64,000 nucleotides of DNA from Pilosibacter sp. Lineage in GTDB: Bacteria; Bacillota; Clostridia; Lachnospirales; Lachnospiraceae. Of the stretch, positions 1-8,500 are shown one piece after another. The DNA lies in NCBI GenBank assembly GCA_045637605.1, contig JAZTZT010000153.1:5978-69977 (forward strand), read 5' to 3'. Below the pieces are notes generated by a model, which saw nothing but the letters and a program-made list of their open reading frames with translations, did no database searches and was not told the origin of the DNA. Numbering within the stretch: the stretch's first letter is position 1; the number at the start of each line of letters is the position of its first letter. The translations under genes and the position numbers were made by a program.

Positions 1-806
1 ATAAATACCAGAAAATGAATTCCAGAGTTCATGTGCGTTTTGGTCCGCATTCTCCGTATACTTGTCCGGAACCGTACCTTTCGGAGATCATTAAAGCTGC
101 AAAAGCACACAATTCGGGAATCCATCTTCACATTTCCGAGACAAAAGAGCAGGTACAGCAGAGTATGGCTGCATTAGGAAAGACTCCGTTCCAGGTGAGC
201 TATGAAGCTGGTTGTTTTGATCTGAATTGTCTGGTTGCACATGGCCTTTGGGTAGAAGATGAAGATCTGAAATATCTTGGTGAGAATACTTGGTTCAGTT
301 TCTGTGCAAAAACATATATGAAGCTTGCAATGGGCAATGGTGGTATTTACAGAAACAAAGAGCATCTGAATTTCTCTTTTGGCACTGATGGTGGAGCAAG
401 TTCCAATACTCTGGATATTTTAGAGCAGGCACGTACATTTACCTTAATCGGTAAATATATCTGTGATGATCCGACTACATATGAAACATCTTACATCTGG
501 AAACATCTGATGGATGGTCACAGAGCACTTGGTTTCAACACAGGTAAAGTAGAAGTGGGATATGAAGCAGACCTTGTTATCTGGGATCTGAAGAAGGTCA
601 ATACATTCCCTGTATACAATCCACTGACGGCTCTTCTCTACAGTGCAGATGCATCCAATGTAAAATATACAATGGTAAAAGGTGATTTCCTGAAGTATGA
701 CGGCAAACTGACATGTGTGAATGAGGACGAATTACTTGCAGATGTTAAGGCTGCTCATACAAAGCTTCTGGCACGTGGTAAAGGTAAGGCAATCGTAGTA
801 TATTAA
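1..806 (+). CDS. mtaD: Amidohydrolase, 5'-methylthioadenosine/S-adenosylhomocysteine deaminase-like (C-terminal part; 5' end lies outside the window)
   Basis: The reading frame is open to the window edge. HLHISETKEQV and FGTDGGASSN motifs are typical of the MtaD/chlorohydrolase branch of the amidohydrolase superfamily. Confidence 0.7.
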   Translation, partial: KYQKMNSRVHVRFGPHSPYTCPEPYLSEIIKAAKAHNSGIHLHISETKEQVQQSMAALGKTPFQVSYEAGCFDLNCLVAHGLWVEDEDLKYLGENTWFSFCAKTYMKLAMGNGGIYRNKEHLNFSFGTDGGASSNTLDILEQARTFTLIGKYICDDPTTYETSYIWKHLMDGHRALGFNTGKVEVGYEADLVIWDLKKVNTFPVYNPLTALLYSADASNVKYTMVKGDFLKYDGKLTCVNEDELLADVKAAHTKLLARGKGKAIVVY

Positions 807-822
807 GATAAGGAGATCAATT

Positions 823-999
823 ATGTTTGAAACCATGCATTATGTTGTAGCAAGTATTGATGGTGATTATGCACATCTGAAAAGAATCGATGTGGATGAC
901 AGTGAATTGAAACTGGTTGCCAGAGCTCTTCTTCCAGATGGGATTGCAGAAGGAACTAAGCTGAAATATGAAATGCTTCAGTACGAGATTGAAGCATAA
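823..999 (+). CDS. DUF3006-like small protein (58 aa, below the ORF-track cutoff)
   Basis: ATG at 823 sits 6 nt after AAGGAGA, with TAA at 997-999. The translation MFETMHYVVASIDGDYAHLKRIDV...LLPDGIAEGTKLKYE matches the 'IDGDYA...LP.ga.EG' pattern of DUF3006, a family often found next to MBL hydrolases. Confidence 0.5.
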   Translation: MFETMHYVVASIDGDYAHLKRIDVDDSELKLVARALLPDGIAEGTKLKYEMLQYEIEA

Positions 1000-1015
1000 G
1001 AGGGAGATTTCGGAG

Positions 1016-1825
1016 ATGAAACTTATCATTCTCGTGGATAACAATACCTTTATTGACCAGTACTATTATGGGGAACCGGCGGTCAGTTATTATATAGAAG
1101 CAGAAGGAAAAAAGATTCTATTTGATACCGGGTATTCGGATGTATTGATCCGTAATGCAGAACTGATGGGAATTGATCTGAAGACAGTGGACTGTATTGC
1201 AATTTCTCACAGTCATAACGACCATACCCGTGGTCTGCAATTTTTAAATGATCATATGGATCTTTCCGGAATCGAATTGATCAGTCATCCGGCTTGTTTT
1301 GTGAAGAAATATGTTGACGGCCTCTATATTGGTCCGCCATTTGTCGGGGATGAAATCACAAATGTTGCAAATTTCAAGCCATCCAGAGGAATCAAGCGTT
1401 TGACAGAGCGTTTGTATTTCCTTGGAGAGATTCCTCGTACAAACGATTTTGAAAACCTGACTCCGATCGGTGTAGCAGAGAACGATGGCAAGTTAACGGA
1501 TGACTTTAATATGGATGATACAGCCCTTGTATATAAGAGTGACAATGGTATCTTTGTCATCACAGGCTGTTCTCACAGCGGAATTTGTAATATTGTTGAT
1601 TATGCAAAGTATGTTTGTGATGATGAAAGAGTGATAGGAGTGCTTGGTGGATTTCACTTGTTTGCAGATGACGAGCAGTTAAGAAAGACCATTGCTTATC
1701 TGGAGTCTTGTAACATTGACAAACTTTATCCATGTCATTGCGTTTCACTTCTTGCAAGAGCAAAGATGATGGAAAAACTTCCGGTTGTGGAAACGGGAGT
1801 TGGCATGGTGATCGAGATTGATTAA
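1016..1825 (+). CDS. MBL-fold metallo-hydrolase (about 270 aa)
   Basis: HxHxDH motif (ISHSHNDHTRG). I prefer the ATG at 1016 (MKLIILVDNN), which follows GGGAG/GGAG, over the track start at 968. Confidence 0.8.
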   Translation: MKLIILVDNNTFIDQYYYGEPAVSYYIEAEGKKILFDTGYSDVLIRNAELMGIDLKTVDCIAISHSHNDHTRGLQFLNDHMDLSGIELISHPACFVKKYVDGLYIGPPFVGDEITNVANFKPSRGIKRLTERLYFLGEIPRTNDFENLTPIGVAENDGKLTDDFNMDDTALVYKSDNGIFVITGCSHSGICNIVDYAKYVCDDERVIGVLGGFHLFADDEQLRKTIAYLESCNIDKLYPCHCVSLLARAKMMEKLPVVETGVGMVIEID

Positions 1826-1827
1826 CA

Positions 1828-2088
1828 ATGAGGGATATGAAGGAAATGAAATATTCTTATCGTTATTTCGAAAACAGAGAATGTCAGTATTATCCTTGCC
1901 ACAAGGGAATGGATGAGATCAACTGTCTGTTTTGTTATTGTCCGCTTTACTGTCTGGAGCATTGTCCGGGGGATCATAAGTATATTGAGGTCAATGGGAC
2001 GAAGATCAAGGAATGTACGGACTGTACATTTCCGCATCAGGAAGAGAATTATGATACGATCATAAAGTTTTTGACGACGAATAGATAA
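1828..2088 (+). CDS. Cysteine-rich small-domain (metal-binding) protein
   Basis: The YYPCHKG...NCLFCYCPLYCLEHCPG cysteine pattern fits this domain. The start is 2 nt after the MBL gene stop. Confidence 0.6.
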   Translation: MRDMKEMKYSYRYFENRECQYYPCHKGMDEINCLFCYCPLYCLEHCPGDHKYIEVNGTKIKECTDCTFPHQEENYDTIIKFLTTNR

Positions 2089-2109
2089 ATTATATTGGGA
2101 GGAAGAATC

Positions 2110-2934
2110 ATGAATATTTCATGTGTAAAAGCTGTGTATTACAGCGCAGTAGGATCTACAGAAAAAGTAGTAACAGGTGTAGCAGAAAAGATTGCAGCAG
2201 CACTTGGGGTTCCGGTAGAGGTGTATGATTTTACACTTCCGGAGAATCGTACTGAGCCGAAAGTATATGCTGCAGATCAGGTGGTTGTATTTGGAACACC
2301 GGTATACGCAGGCCGTGTACCGAACAAGATGCTTCCGATCGTTCAGAGCAACTTTAAAGGCGAAGGTGCACTTGCAGTTCCGGTAGTTACATTTGGCAAT
2401 AGAAACTTTGACAATGGTCTGATCGAGCTTCGCAATGAGCTTGAGAACAACGGTTTCCACACAATCGCAGGTGCCGGCGTGGTATGTGAGCATGTATTCA
2501 GCGCTAAGCTTGCAGCAGGAAGACCGAATGAGGAAGACTGGACAAAACTTACTACATTTGCTGAGGCAGTAGCTGAGAAGGTAAAAGTAATGGCAGAGAT
2601 TCCTGCACCGATCGCAGTTCGCGGCGATGATCCGGTTGGTCCGTACTACACACCACTCGGAACAGACGGAAAACCGGCTGTATTTTTAAAAGCAAAACCG
2701 AAGACAAACGAAGAACTCTGTGACAAATGCGGAATTTGTGCAAAAGTATGTCCGGTAGGTTCCATCAGTTTTGAGAATCCGTCTGAAGTAAATGGTATCT
2801 GTATTAAGTGTCAGGCATGTATCAAGAAATGTCCGAAGGATGCGAAGTATTTTGATGATGCTGCATTCCTTTCTCATGTAGCAATGTTAGAACAGAACTA
2901 CACAAGACGCGCAGAGATCGAAGTATTTGTATAG
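2110..2934 (+). CDS. Flavodoxin-like domain fused to a 2x[4Fe-4S] ferredoxin domain (EFR1-type)
   Basis: The N-terminal half has a flavodoxin-like fold pattern. There are two CxxCxxCxxxCP motifs (CDKCGICAKVCP, CIKCQACIKKCP). The ATG at 2110 follows GGGAGGAAG; the track start at 2095 is a TTG. Confidence 0.7.
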   Translation: MNISCVKAVYYSAVGSTEKVVTGVAEKIAAALGVPVEVYDFTLPENRTEPKVYAADQVVVFGTPVYAGRVPNKMLPIVQSNFKGEGALAVPVVTFGNRNFDNGLIELRNELENNGFHTIAGAGVVCEHVFSAKLAAGRPNEEDWTKLTTFAEAVAEKVKVMAEIPAPIAVRGDDPVGPYYTPLGTDGKPAVFLKAKPKTNEELCDKCGICAKVCPVGSISFENPSEVNGICIKCQACIKKCPKDAKYFDDAAFLSHVAMLEQNYTRRAEIEVFV

Positions 2935-3028
2935 GGATTCAGAACAGCAGCAGAAAATATTTAAAGCTTTTGTGGAAGCTTGTCGATGAGCATGTAATGG
3001 AAAGACTTTGGAGGATGAATTAGATTAA

Positions 3029-3622
3029 ATGGACAAAGAACGTTTTCAAAAACAAATTGATTTTATTTTAGAGGCTGATAAAGAAAAGAATATCCTTCGT
3101 CAGACACATTTATCCGGTCATGGAAGACGCGAGAATGATGCAGAGCATGCATGGCATATGGCGATGATGATCTATCTGTTAAAAGAGTATTCCAATGAAT
3201 CCTTTGATCTGGCGAAGGCGATGATGATGGCATTGATCCATGACATTGTTGAAATTGATGCGGGCGATACGTATGCATATGACGGAGCCGGTCTTGCAAC
3301 CCAGAGAGAGGGTGAGGAGGCAGCAGCAGAGCGTATTTTTGGCTTGTTGCCGGATGATCAAAGAGATGAACTGAGAGCACTGTTTGAGGAATTTGAGGCA
3401 TATGAGACTCCGGAATCCAGAATTGCACATGTGATGGATAATCTGCAACCATTACTTCTGAACAATTCCAATGACGGAGGAGACTGGATCGAGCACAATG
3501 TGTGTAAGTCTCAGGTTATGAAGCGCCAGGGAAAAAATTATCTTGGCTCACGAGAGATCGGTGAGTTTACGGAACAGTTGGTTAATGAGAATGTAAAAAA
3601 AGGAAGTATTCGTAATGAATAA
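3029..3622 (+). CDS. HD-domain phosphohydrolase (YfbR-like 5'-deoxynucleotidase family)
   Basis: Carries H...HD...D motifs (ENDAEHAWHMA, LIHDIVEIDAGD). Confidence 0.75.
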   Translation: MDKERFQKQIDFILEADKEKNILRQTHLSGHGRRENDAEHAWHMAMMIYLLKEYSNESFDLAKAMMMALIHDIVEIDAGDTYAYDGAGLATQREGEEAAAERIFGLLPDDQRDELRALFEEFEAYETPESRIAHVMDNLQPLLLNNSNDGGDWIEHNVCKSQVMKRQGKNYLGSREIGEFTEQLVNENVKKGSIRNE

Positions 3623-3630
3623 AAGAACTC

Positions 3631-3672
3631 CTGCGATATGGTGATCATAAGACCATATCGCAGTTTTCTTTT
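3631..3672 (+). terminator. Rho-independent terminator after the HD gene
   Basis: 12-bp stem ctgcgatatggt/accatatcgcag followed by TTTTCTTTT. Confidence 0.8.
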
Positions 3673-3708
3673 ATGAAGCAAAGTGGTATAATAATACTGC
3701 TATTTTGA

Positions 3709-5091
3709 ATGATAATGGAGGGATATGGCGTGAAACGGAAATTTCCATTACAATTCTCAACAACACAGATTATTTTACTCAGCTTCTTGATTCCTATATT
3801 TGTCGGAAGTATTTTGCTGGCATTACCGATCAGCTCAGCGAATGGTAAGGCGGTTCCCTATATTGATGCATTGTTTACTGCGACAACATCCGTTTGTGTC
3901 ACGGGCCTTGTTACATTACCGACGTATTCGACGTGGAGTCCGTTTGCTCAGCTCATTATTCTGATTTTGATTCAAATCGGTGGTTTAGGTGTCGTGACGA
4001 TCATGACAGGGGTTTTATTAAGATTTGAAAAGAAAATCGGAATAAGAGAAAGGGTTCTTTTACAAGATGCATTTAATCTCAACTCGATGTCCGGGATTGT
4101 CCGATTTATCAAAAAGGTATTGATGGGAACCTTTCTTGTGGAAGGGATCGGAGCTTTGCTATGTATGTTCGTATTTGTGCCAGAATATGGAATTCGTGGA
4201 ATATGGATTTCCGTGTTCCATGCGATCTCAGCATTTTGTAATGCTGGAATGGATGTGATCGGGGAAAACAGTATGTGTGATTATGCAACGAATCCGATCA
4301 TCATGTCAGTGACTGCAGTTTTGATTATCTTGGGAGGTATCGGTTTTATTGTCTGGTGGGATGTAATTGCTATGTTCAAGAGTATGAAAGTACACAAAAA
4401 GAGATGTATTCAAATCTTATCCCTTCATAGTAAAATTGCCATTTCATCGACGATGATACTTCTGGTCGGTGGAACGATATCGTTCTTTTTGCTGGAATAC
4501 AATAACCCTTATACAATTGGCCCTAGTGCACTTGTAGATAAAATCCAGGCAGCAGCCTTCCAATCTGTAACAACCAGAACAGCCGGTTTTGCTGCAATTC
4601 CACAAGAGAATTTAACGAATGCATCCACGATCATTTCTTTATTTCTGATGTTTATTGGCGGTTCTCCGGTTGGAACAGCAGGAGGTGTTAAAACTGTAAC
4701 CATCGCAGTTTTAATTATTTCAGCATTGGCAACGATCAGCAACAAAGAAGAGTCAGAGATTTTCGGAAGAAGAATTTCGAAACAGACGATCAATAAGTCC
4801 GTTGCAGTCATAAGTATGTCGTTTTTAATTATGTTTTTATCAACGGTTCTTCTGGCAGCGGTAACGGATGCAGATGCACTGGATATCGTTTATGAGACAG
4901 TCAGTGCAACTGCGACCGTAGGTCTCAGCAGAAATTTGACTTCAAACTTAAATATGTGGGGCAAATTAATCATTATATGTACCATGTATCTTGGCAGGGT
5001 TGGCCCAATTTCATTGGCAATCGCATTCCAAACAAATAGGGAGAGCAAAAATATAATTAAGAATCCAATTGAAGAAATCAGTGTCGGTTAA
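3709..5091 (+). CDS. ktrB: TrkH/KtrB-family K+ uptake membrane subunit
   Basis: Polytopic membrane protein with repeated pore-loop GxG-type segments (TTSVCVTG, IGGLG, AGMDV, GGSPVGTAGG). The in-frame GTG at 3730, 6 nt after GGAGGG, is an alternative start. Confidence 0.85.
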   Translation: MIMEGYGVKRKFPLQFSTTQIILLSFLIPIFVGSILLALPISSANGKAVPYIDALFTATTSVCVTGLVTLPTYSTWSPFAQLIILILIQIGGLGVVTIMTGVLLRFEKKIGIRERVLLQDAFNLNSMSGIVRFIKKVLMGTFLVEGIGALLCMFVFVPEYGIRGIWISVFHAISAFCNAGMDVIGENSMCDYATNPIIMSVTAVLIILGGIGFIVWWDVIAMFKSMKVHKKRCIQILSLHSKIAISSTMILLVGGTISFFLLEYNNPYTIGPSALVDKIQAAAFQSVTTRTAGFAAIPQENLTNASTIISLFLMFIGGSPVGTAGGVKTVTIAVLIISALATISNKEESEIFGRRISKQTINKSVAVISMSFLIMFLSTVLLAAVTDADALDIVYETVSATATVGLSRNLTSNLNMWGKLIIICTMYLGRVGPISLAIAFQTNRESKNIIKNPIEEISVG

Positions 5092-5111
5092 GATGTTTTT
5101 GAAAGAAGGAA

Positions 5112-5768
5112 ATGCGTATGAATTTAAAACAAACTTATGCAGTATTTGGTTTGGGAAGATATGGAAAAGCGGTAGCAAAAGAACTTGTAAAAAGTGGTGC
5201 TGAAGTATTAGCTGTTGACATGGACGAAAATGCAGTGAATGCAGTTGTTGCTGAGATTCCGTATTGTAAATGTGCTGATGTGACAGATCCAGAAGTAATT
5301 CGCCAACTTGGCATTGCCAATATTGATATCGTGATCATCTCGATGGCAAGTAACCTAGAAGCATGCGTAATGGCTACGATGCTTTGCAAAGAGGCTGGTG
5401 TTAAAACCGTTATTGCTAAATGTTCCAGTGAAATGAACTGTAAGATCCTTAGTAAAGTAGGAGCAGACCGAGTCGTGTTTCCGGAAAGAGATTCAGGAGT
5501 CCGTTTGGCCAAAAATCTTTTAAGTTCTGGTTTCATTGATATGATAGAACTATCGAAAGATATCTCTATGGTAGAACTGGAAGTGAAACCAGAATGGGAA
5601 GGAAAGTCGCTGATGGAATTAAATCTTAGAAAGAAGTACTCCGTCAATGTAGTTGCTACCATTCACGGAACGGAAATTAATACGATCATAGATCCCGAAA
5701 AACCTTTAAGCAAAAATGAAACATTGATTGTAATTGGAAATATGACAAAGCTGAGCCAAATGGGATAA
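5112..5768 (+). CDS. ktrA: TrkA/KtrA-family K+ uptake regulatory subunit (RCK domains)
   Basis: Rossmann GxGxxG motif (VFGLGRYGKA) followed by a C-terminal TrkA-C-like domain. It lies immediately downstream of the TrkH-family gene. The ATG at 5118 is an alternative start. Confidence 0.85.
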   Translation: MRMNLKQTYAVFGLGRYGKAVAKELVKSGAEVLAVDMDENAVNAVVAEIPYCKCADVTDPEVIRQLGIANIDIVIISMASNLEACVMATMLCKEAGVKTVIAKCSSEMNCKILSKVGADRVVFPERDSGVRLAKNLLSSGFIDMIELSKDISMVELEVKPEWEGKSLMELNLRKKYSVNVVATIHGTEINTIIDPEKPLSKNETLIVIGNMTKLSQMG

Positions 5769-5801
5769 ATATTGATACAATGAAGGGAAATCGAAAAAGA
5801 A

Positions 5802-6206
5802 ATGAGCGATTATACTGCGTATATCAAAGAAGTAAATGAAACGAATCCGTTCCTCCGCCACAATCATATGCAGGCAGTTCATGTATCTGAAGAGCGTGCG
5901 ATTGTACAGGCCCAGATGTTTCCGGAACTTCGGAATTCTATGGGAGGAGTACATGCGGGCCTAATGTTTTCCATGGCAGAGATTGCAGCTGGTCTTTTGG
6001 TCAGAAGTAACGGAAGCAAACAGGTGACATTGGATACCACATTTCGTTATCTGAGAAATTCGACAACAGATGGTGTGATAGAAGCAGAGGCTGTCTATAT
6101 CAAACGCGGTCGTACGATTACCATGTGTCGCGCATATGTGCGTGAGCAAGGTAGCGACAGGAACCTGGCAGAGGGAGAATTTAGTTTTTACTGTGTGGGG
6201 GAATAA
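5802..6206 (+). CDS. PaaI-family hotdog-fold thioesterase
   Basis: 134 aa. The GGVHAGLMFSMAE segment is typical of PaaI/YbgC-like thioesterases. Confidence 0.7.
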   Translation: MSDYTAYIKEVNETNPFLRHNHMQAVHVSEERAIVQAQMFPELRNSMGGVHAGLMFSMAEIAAGLLVRSNGSKQVTLDTTFRYLRNSTTDGVIEAEAVYIKRGRTITMCRAYVREQGSDRNLAEGEFSFYCVGE

Positions 6207-6251
6207 GCAATAAGGCAGTAAAACGAGTGATAAATAATAGGGGGAAGCAAC

Positions 6252-6719
6252 ATGGAGAATACAAATAACCGAGTAATTAAGGATAGTGGAAGTACAACTG
6301 AATTTTCGACCGGTGCACATCGTGATGCAAGAAGCGGAAAGGGAAGAATTGATCTGATCCCGTTGGAAGTTGCATCGAAACTTATGGATGAAGATCCAAT
6401 TCTCAAGAGTGTAAGAGAGTTCCAGAAGGATGAAGATACAGACCATCTGTATGATGCACTCAAGTGTTTTTGTGAGAAATATTACGGTGGTGTGATGGAA
6501 ACCATGCTTTTAGAGGTTGGGATCCATTATGAAGAAGGTGCGAACAAGTACGGTGCCAACAACTGGAAAAAAGGAATGGATAGTTATATCTATATTGATT
6601 CTGCTCTTCGTCATTATCTGAAGCATAAACGTGGGGACATGGATGAGCCGCATGATCGGGCATTTGTATGGAATCTGTTATGCTGTATTTGGGAGCAGAA
6701 TTATTCGGAACGGAAATAA
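6252..6719 (+). CDS. dATP/dGTP diphosphohydrolase-domain (DUF5664-like) protein
   Basis: KDSGSTTEFSTGAHRD...GKGRIDLIP, GANKYGANNWKKG and HDRAFVWNLL segments match the hallmark pattern of this mostly phage-associated family as I remember it. Confidence 0.55.
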   Translation: MENTNNRVIKDSGSTTEFSTGAHRDARSGKGRIDLIPLEVASKLMDEDPILKSVREFQKDEDTDHLYDALKCFCEKYYGGVMETMLLEVGIHYEEGANKYGANNWKKGMDSYIYIDSALRHYLKHKRGDMDEPHDRAFVWNLLCCIWEQNYSERK

Positions 6720-6776
6720 TACATATGACCCAGATCGCGAAGATAGTAATCGCGAAGAATAGGAGGAATTCTCATT

Positions 6777-7472
6777 GTGATTGAGAATAATGATATGAAA
6801 TTGGTTCGTGATGAAAACGGACTGGCACTTGTGGCAGACGGACAGACGCTGCGTGGTGATTTTTCGAAAATGATCCCGAGGGTGAAGCATGGAGCAATCT
6901 CTAAAGAGCTTCTGGCGAGAGCGGCGAAGATAAAAGATGCAGATAAGTCTTTAGTGGCGATCGATGCGACAGCCGGACTTGGTGAAGATTCTCTGATCCT
7001 TGCTGCAGCCGGATTTCAGGTAAAAATGTTTGAGCGCAACCCTGTGATCCATGAACTCTTAGAAGATGCTTTGAAGCGTGCTGCAGAGATTCCGGAACTG
7101 ACAGAGATTGTTGGCAGAATGGAACTGAAACATGGAGACAGTGTGGAAGCAATGAAAACTCTCGATTTTACACCGGATGTCATTCTTTTGGATCCGATGT
7201 TTCCGGAGAGGCAGAAAAGTGCATTGGTAAAAAAGAAACTGCAGGTGATCCAGAAATTGGAGATTCCATGTGCAGATGAGGCAGAGATGATCTTGACAGC
7301 CATGGAGGCAAAACCTAAAAAGTTAATTGTGAAACGACCACCGAAAGGGCCGTATCTGGCTGGTTTAAAACCGGATTTTTCGATAGAAGGAAAAGCCGTT
7401 CGATTTGATGGATTTGCCTCACCATATGAGAGACTGGAGAAGTTTCGTAAGACTGTGAATGTAGAAGGATAA
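6777..7472 (+). CDS. rsmJ: Class I SAM-dependent methyltransferase, RsmJ-like (16S rRNA m2G1516 family)
   Basis: DATAGLGEDSLILAAAG SAM-binding motif plus LDPMFPER. GTG start 10 nt after AGGAGG. Confidence 0.65.
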   Translation: MIENNDMKLVRDENGLALVADGQTLRGDFSKMIPRVKHGAISKELLARAAKIKDADKSLVAIDATAGLGEDSLILAAAGFQVKMFERNPVIHELLEDALKRAAEIPELTEIVGRMELKHGDSVEAMKTLDFTPDVILLDPMFPERQKSALVKKKLQVIQKLEIPCADEAEMILTAMEAKPKKLIVKRPPKGPYLAGLKPDFSIEGKAVRFDGFASPYERLEKFRKTVNVEG

Positions 7473-7485
7473 AGGATTTATTATT

Positions 7486-8421
7486 ATGGAAATTAGTTTG
7501 CTGTTACTGGAAAATCTCCTGTCCATGTTGTTGATCGCAATCATTGGTTATACAGTTGCCAGAAAAGGATTGATGTCGGACAAGGAATGTGCAGCGTTTT
7601 CGCGTCTGGTGGTTAATATCTTCATGCCGTGCATGATCATAAAAGCAATGCAGATCGAACTGACCGATGAAAGGATCAGGGGATTTGCAGTACTGTTCGT
7701 ATTTGCACTGCTCGTGCATGCTGTTTGGATTGTCCTTGGTAGGATTTTGAACAAGGCGATCAAACTGACAGCAGTAGAAGAGGCGACGCTTATTTATTCA
7801 AATGCAGGAAACCTGATCATTCCGCTTGTCAGTGCGTTGTTTGGCGAGGAGTATGTTTTTTATTCCTGCGTATTCACGATCGTTCAGCTGGTGTTTATGT
7901 GGACTCACGGTGTTTCGTTGATCCGTGAGAGTAAAAGTATTGAATGGAAAAAGATTTTATTGAATCCGAATATTCTTTCCGTAGTGCTTGGCGCATGTTT
8001 ACTTGTGACAAAACTTCCTCTTCCAAAACCGGTTACATCAGCGATTTCCAGTCTTGGCAGCATGGTTGGTCCCTGTGCGATGCTGATCATTGGAATGACG
8101 ATCGCAAAGCAGGATTTATGGTCTGTATTTAAGATGAAGCGTGCTTATTTTGTAGCGATTGGCAGACTGGTGCTGTTCCCATCGATCATTTTAGTGTTGT
8201 TGTACTTCAGCGGATATCTCGCAAGGAATCCGGAATCATTGACCTTATTCCAGATTGCTTTCCTGGCAGTATCGGCTCCACCTGCAGCCACAGTATCCCA
8301 GCTTGCAGTTATGTATGACAAAGATGCGGTAAACGCAAGTATTTTCAATGTAATGGGAGTAGCAGGATGCGTCGTTACAATGCCTGTGATGATGTATTTG
8401 CTTCAGATTCTGTTTGCCTAA
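7486..8421 (+). CDS. AEC (auxin efflux carrier) family transporter
   Basis: 311 aa, roughly 10 transmembrane segments, with the two-half architecture typical of AEC permeases. Confidence 0.8.
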   Translation: MEISLLLLENLLSMLLIAIIGYTVARKGLMSDKECAAFSRLVVNIFMPCMIIKAMQIELTDERIRGFAVLFVFALLVHAVWIVLGRILNKAIKLTAVEEATLIYSNAGNLIIPLVSALFGEEYVFYSCVFTIVQLVFMWTHGVSLIRESKSIEWKKILLNPNILSVVLGACLLVTKLPLPKPVTSAISSLGSMVGPCAMLIIGMTIAKQDLWSVFKMKRAYFVAIGRLVLFPSIILVLLYFSGYLARNPESLTLFQIAFLAVSAPPAATVSQLAVMYDKDAVNASIFNVMGVAGCVVTMPVMMYLLQILFA

Positions 8422-8500
8422 AAAATGAAAGAAACAGAGTTCCCAAATGTACTTTAGTATGTTAAAATAAACTGACATGTACATAGTAAGGAGAGAAAAC

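Noticed and set aside
3623-3708. c-di-AMP (ydaO-type) riboswitch upstream of the K+ uptake genes
   Set aside because: The gap is only 86 nt, and it is filled by the upstream terminator and a -10-like element. There is no room for the roughly 130-nt pseudo-symmetric motif.
5135-5662. 175-aa minus-strand ORF inside the ktrA-like gene
   Set aside because: It is an antisense shadow of a well-supported gene, with Ser/Thr-rich low-complexity translation.
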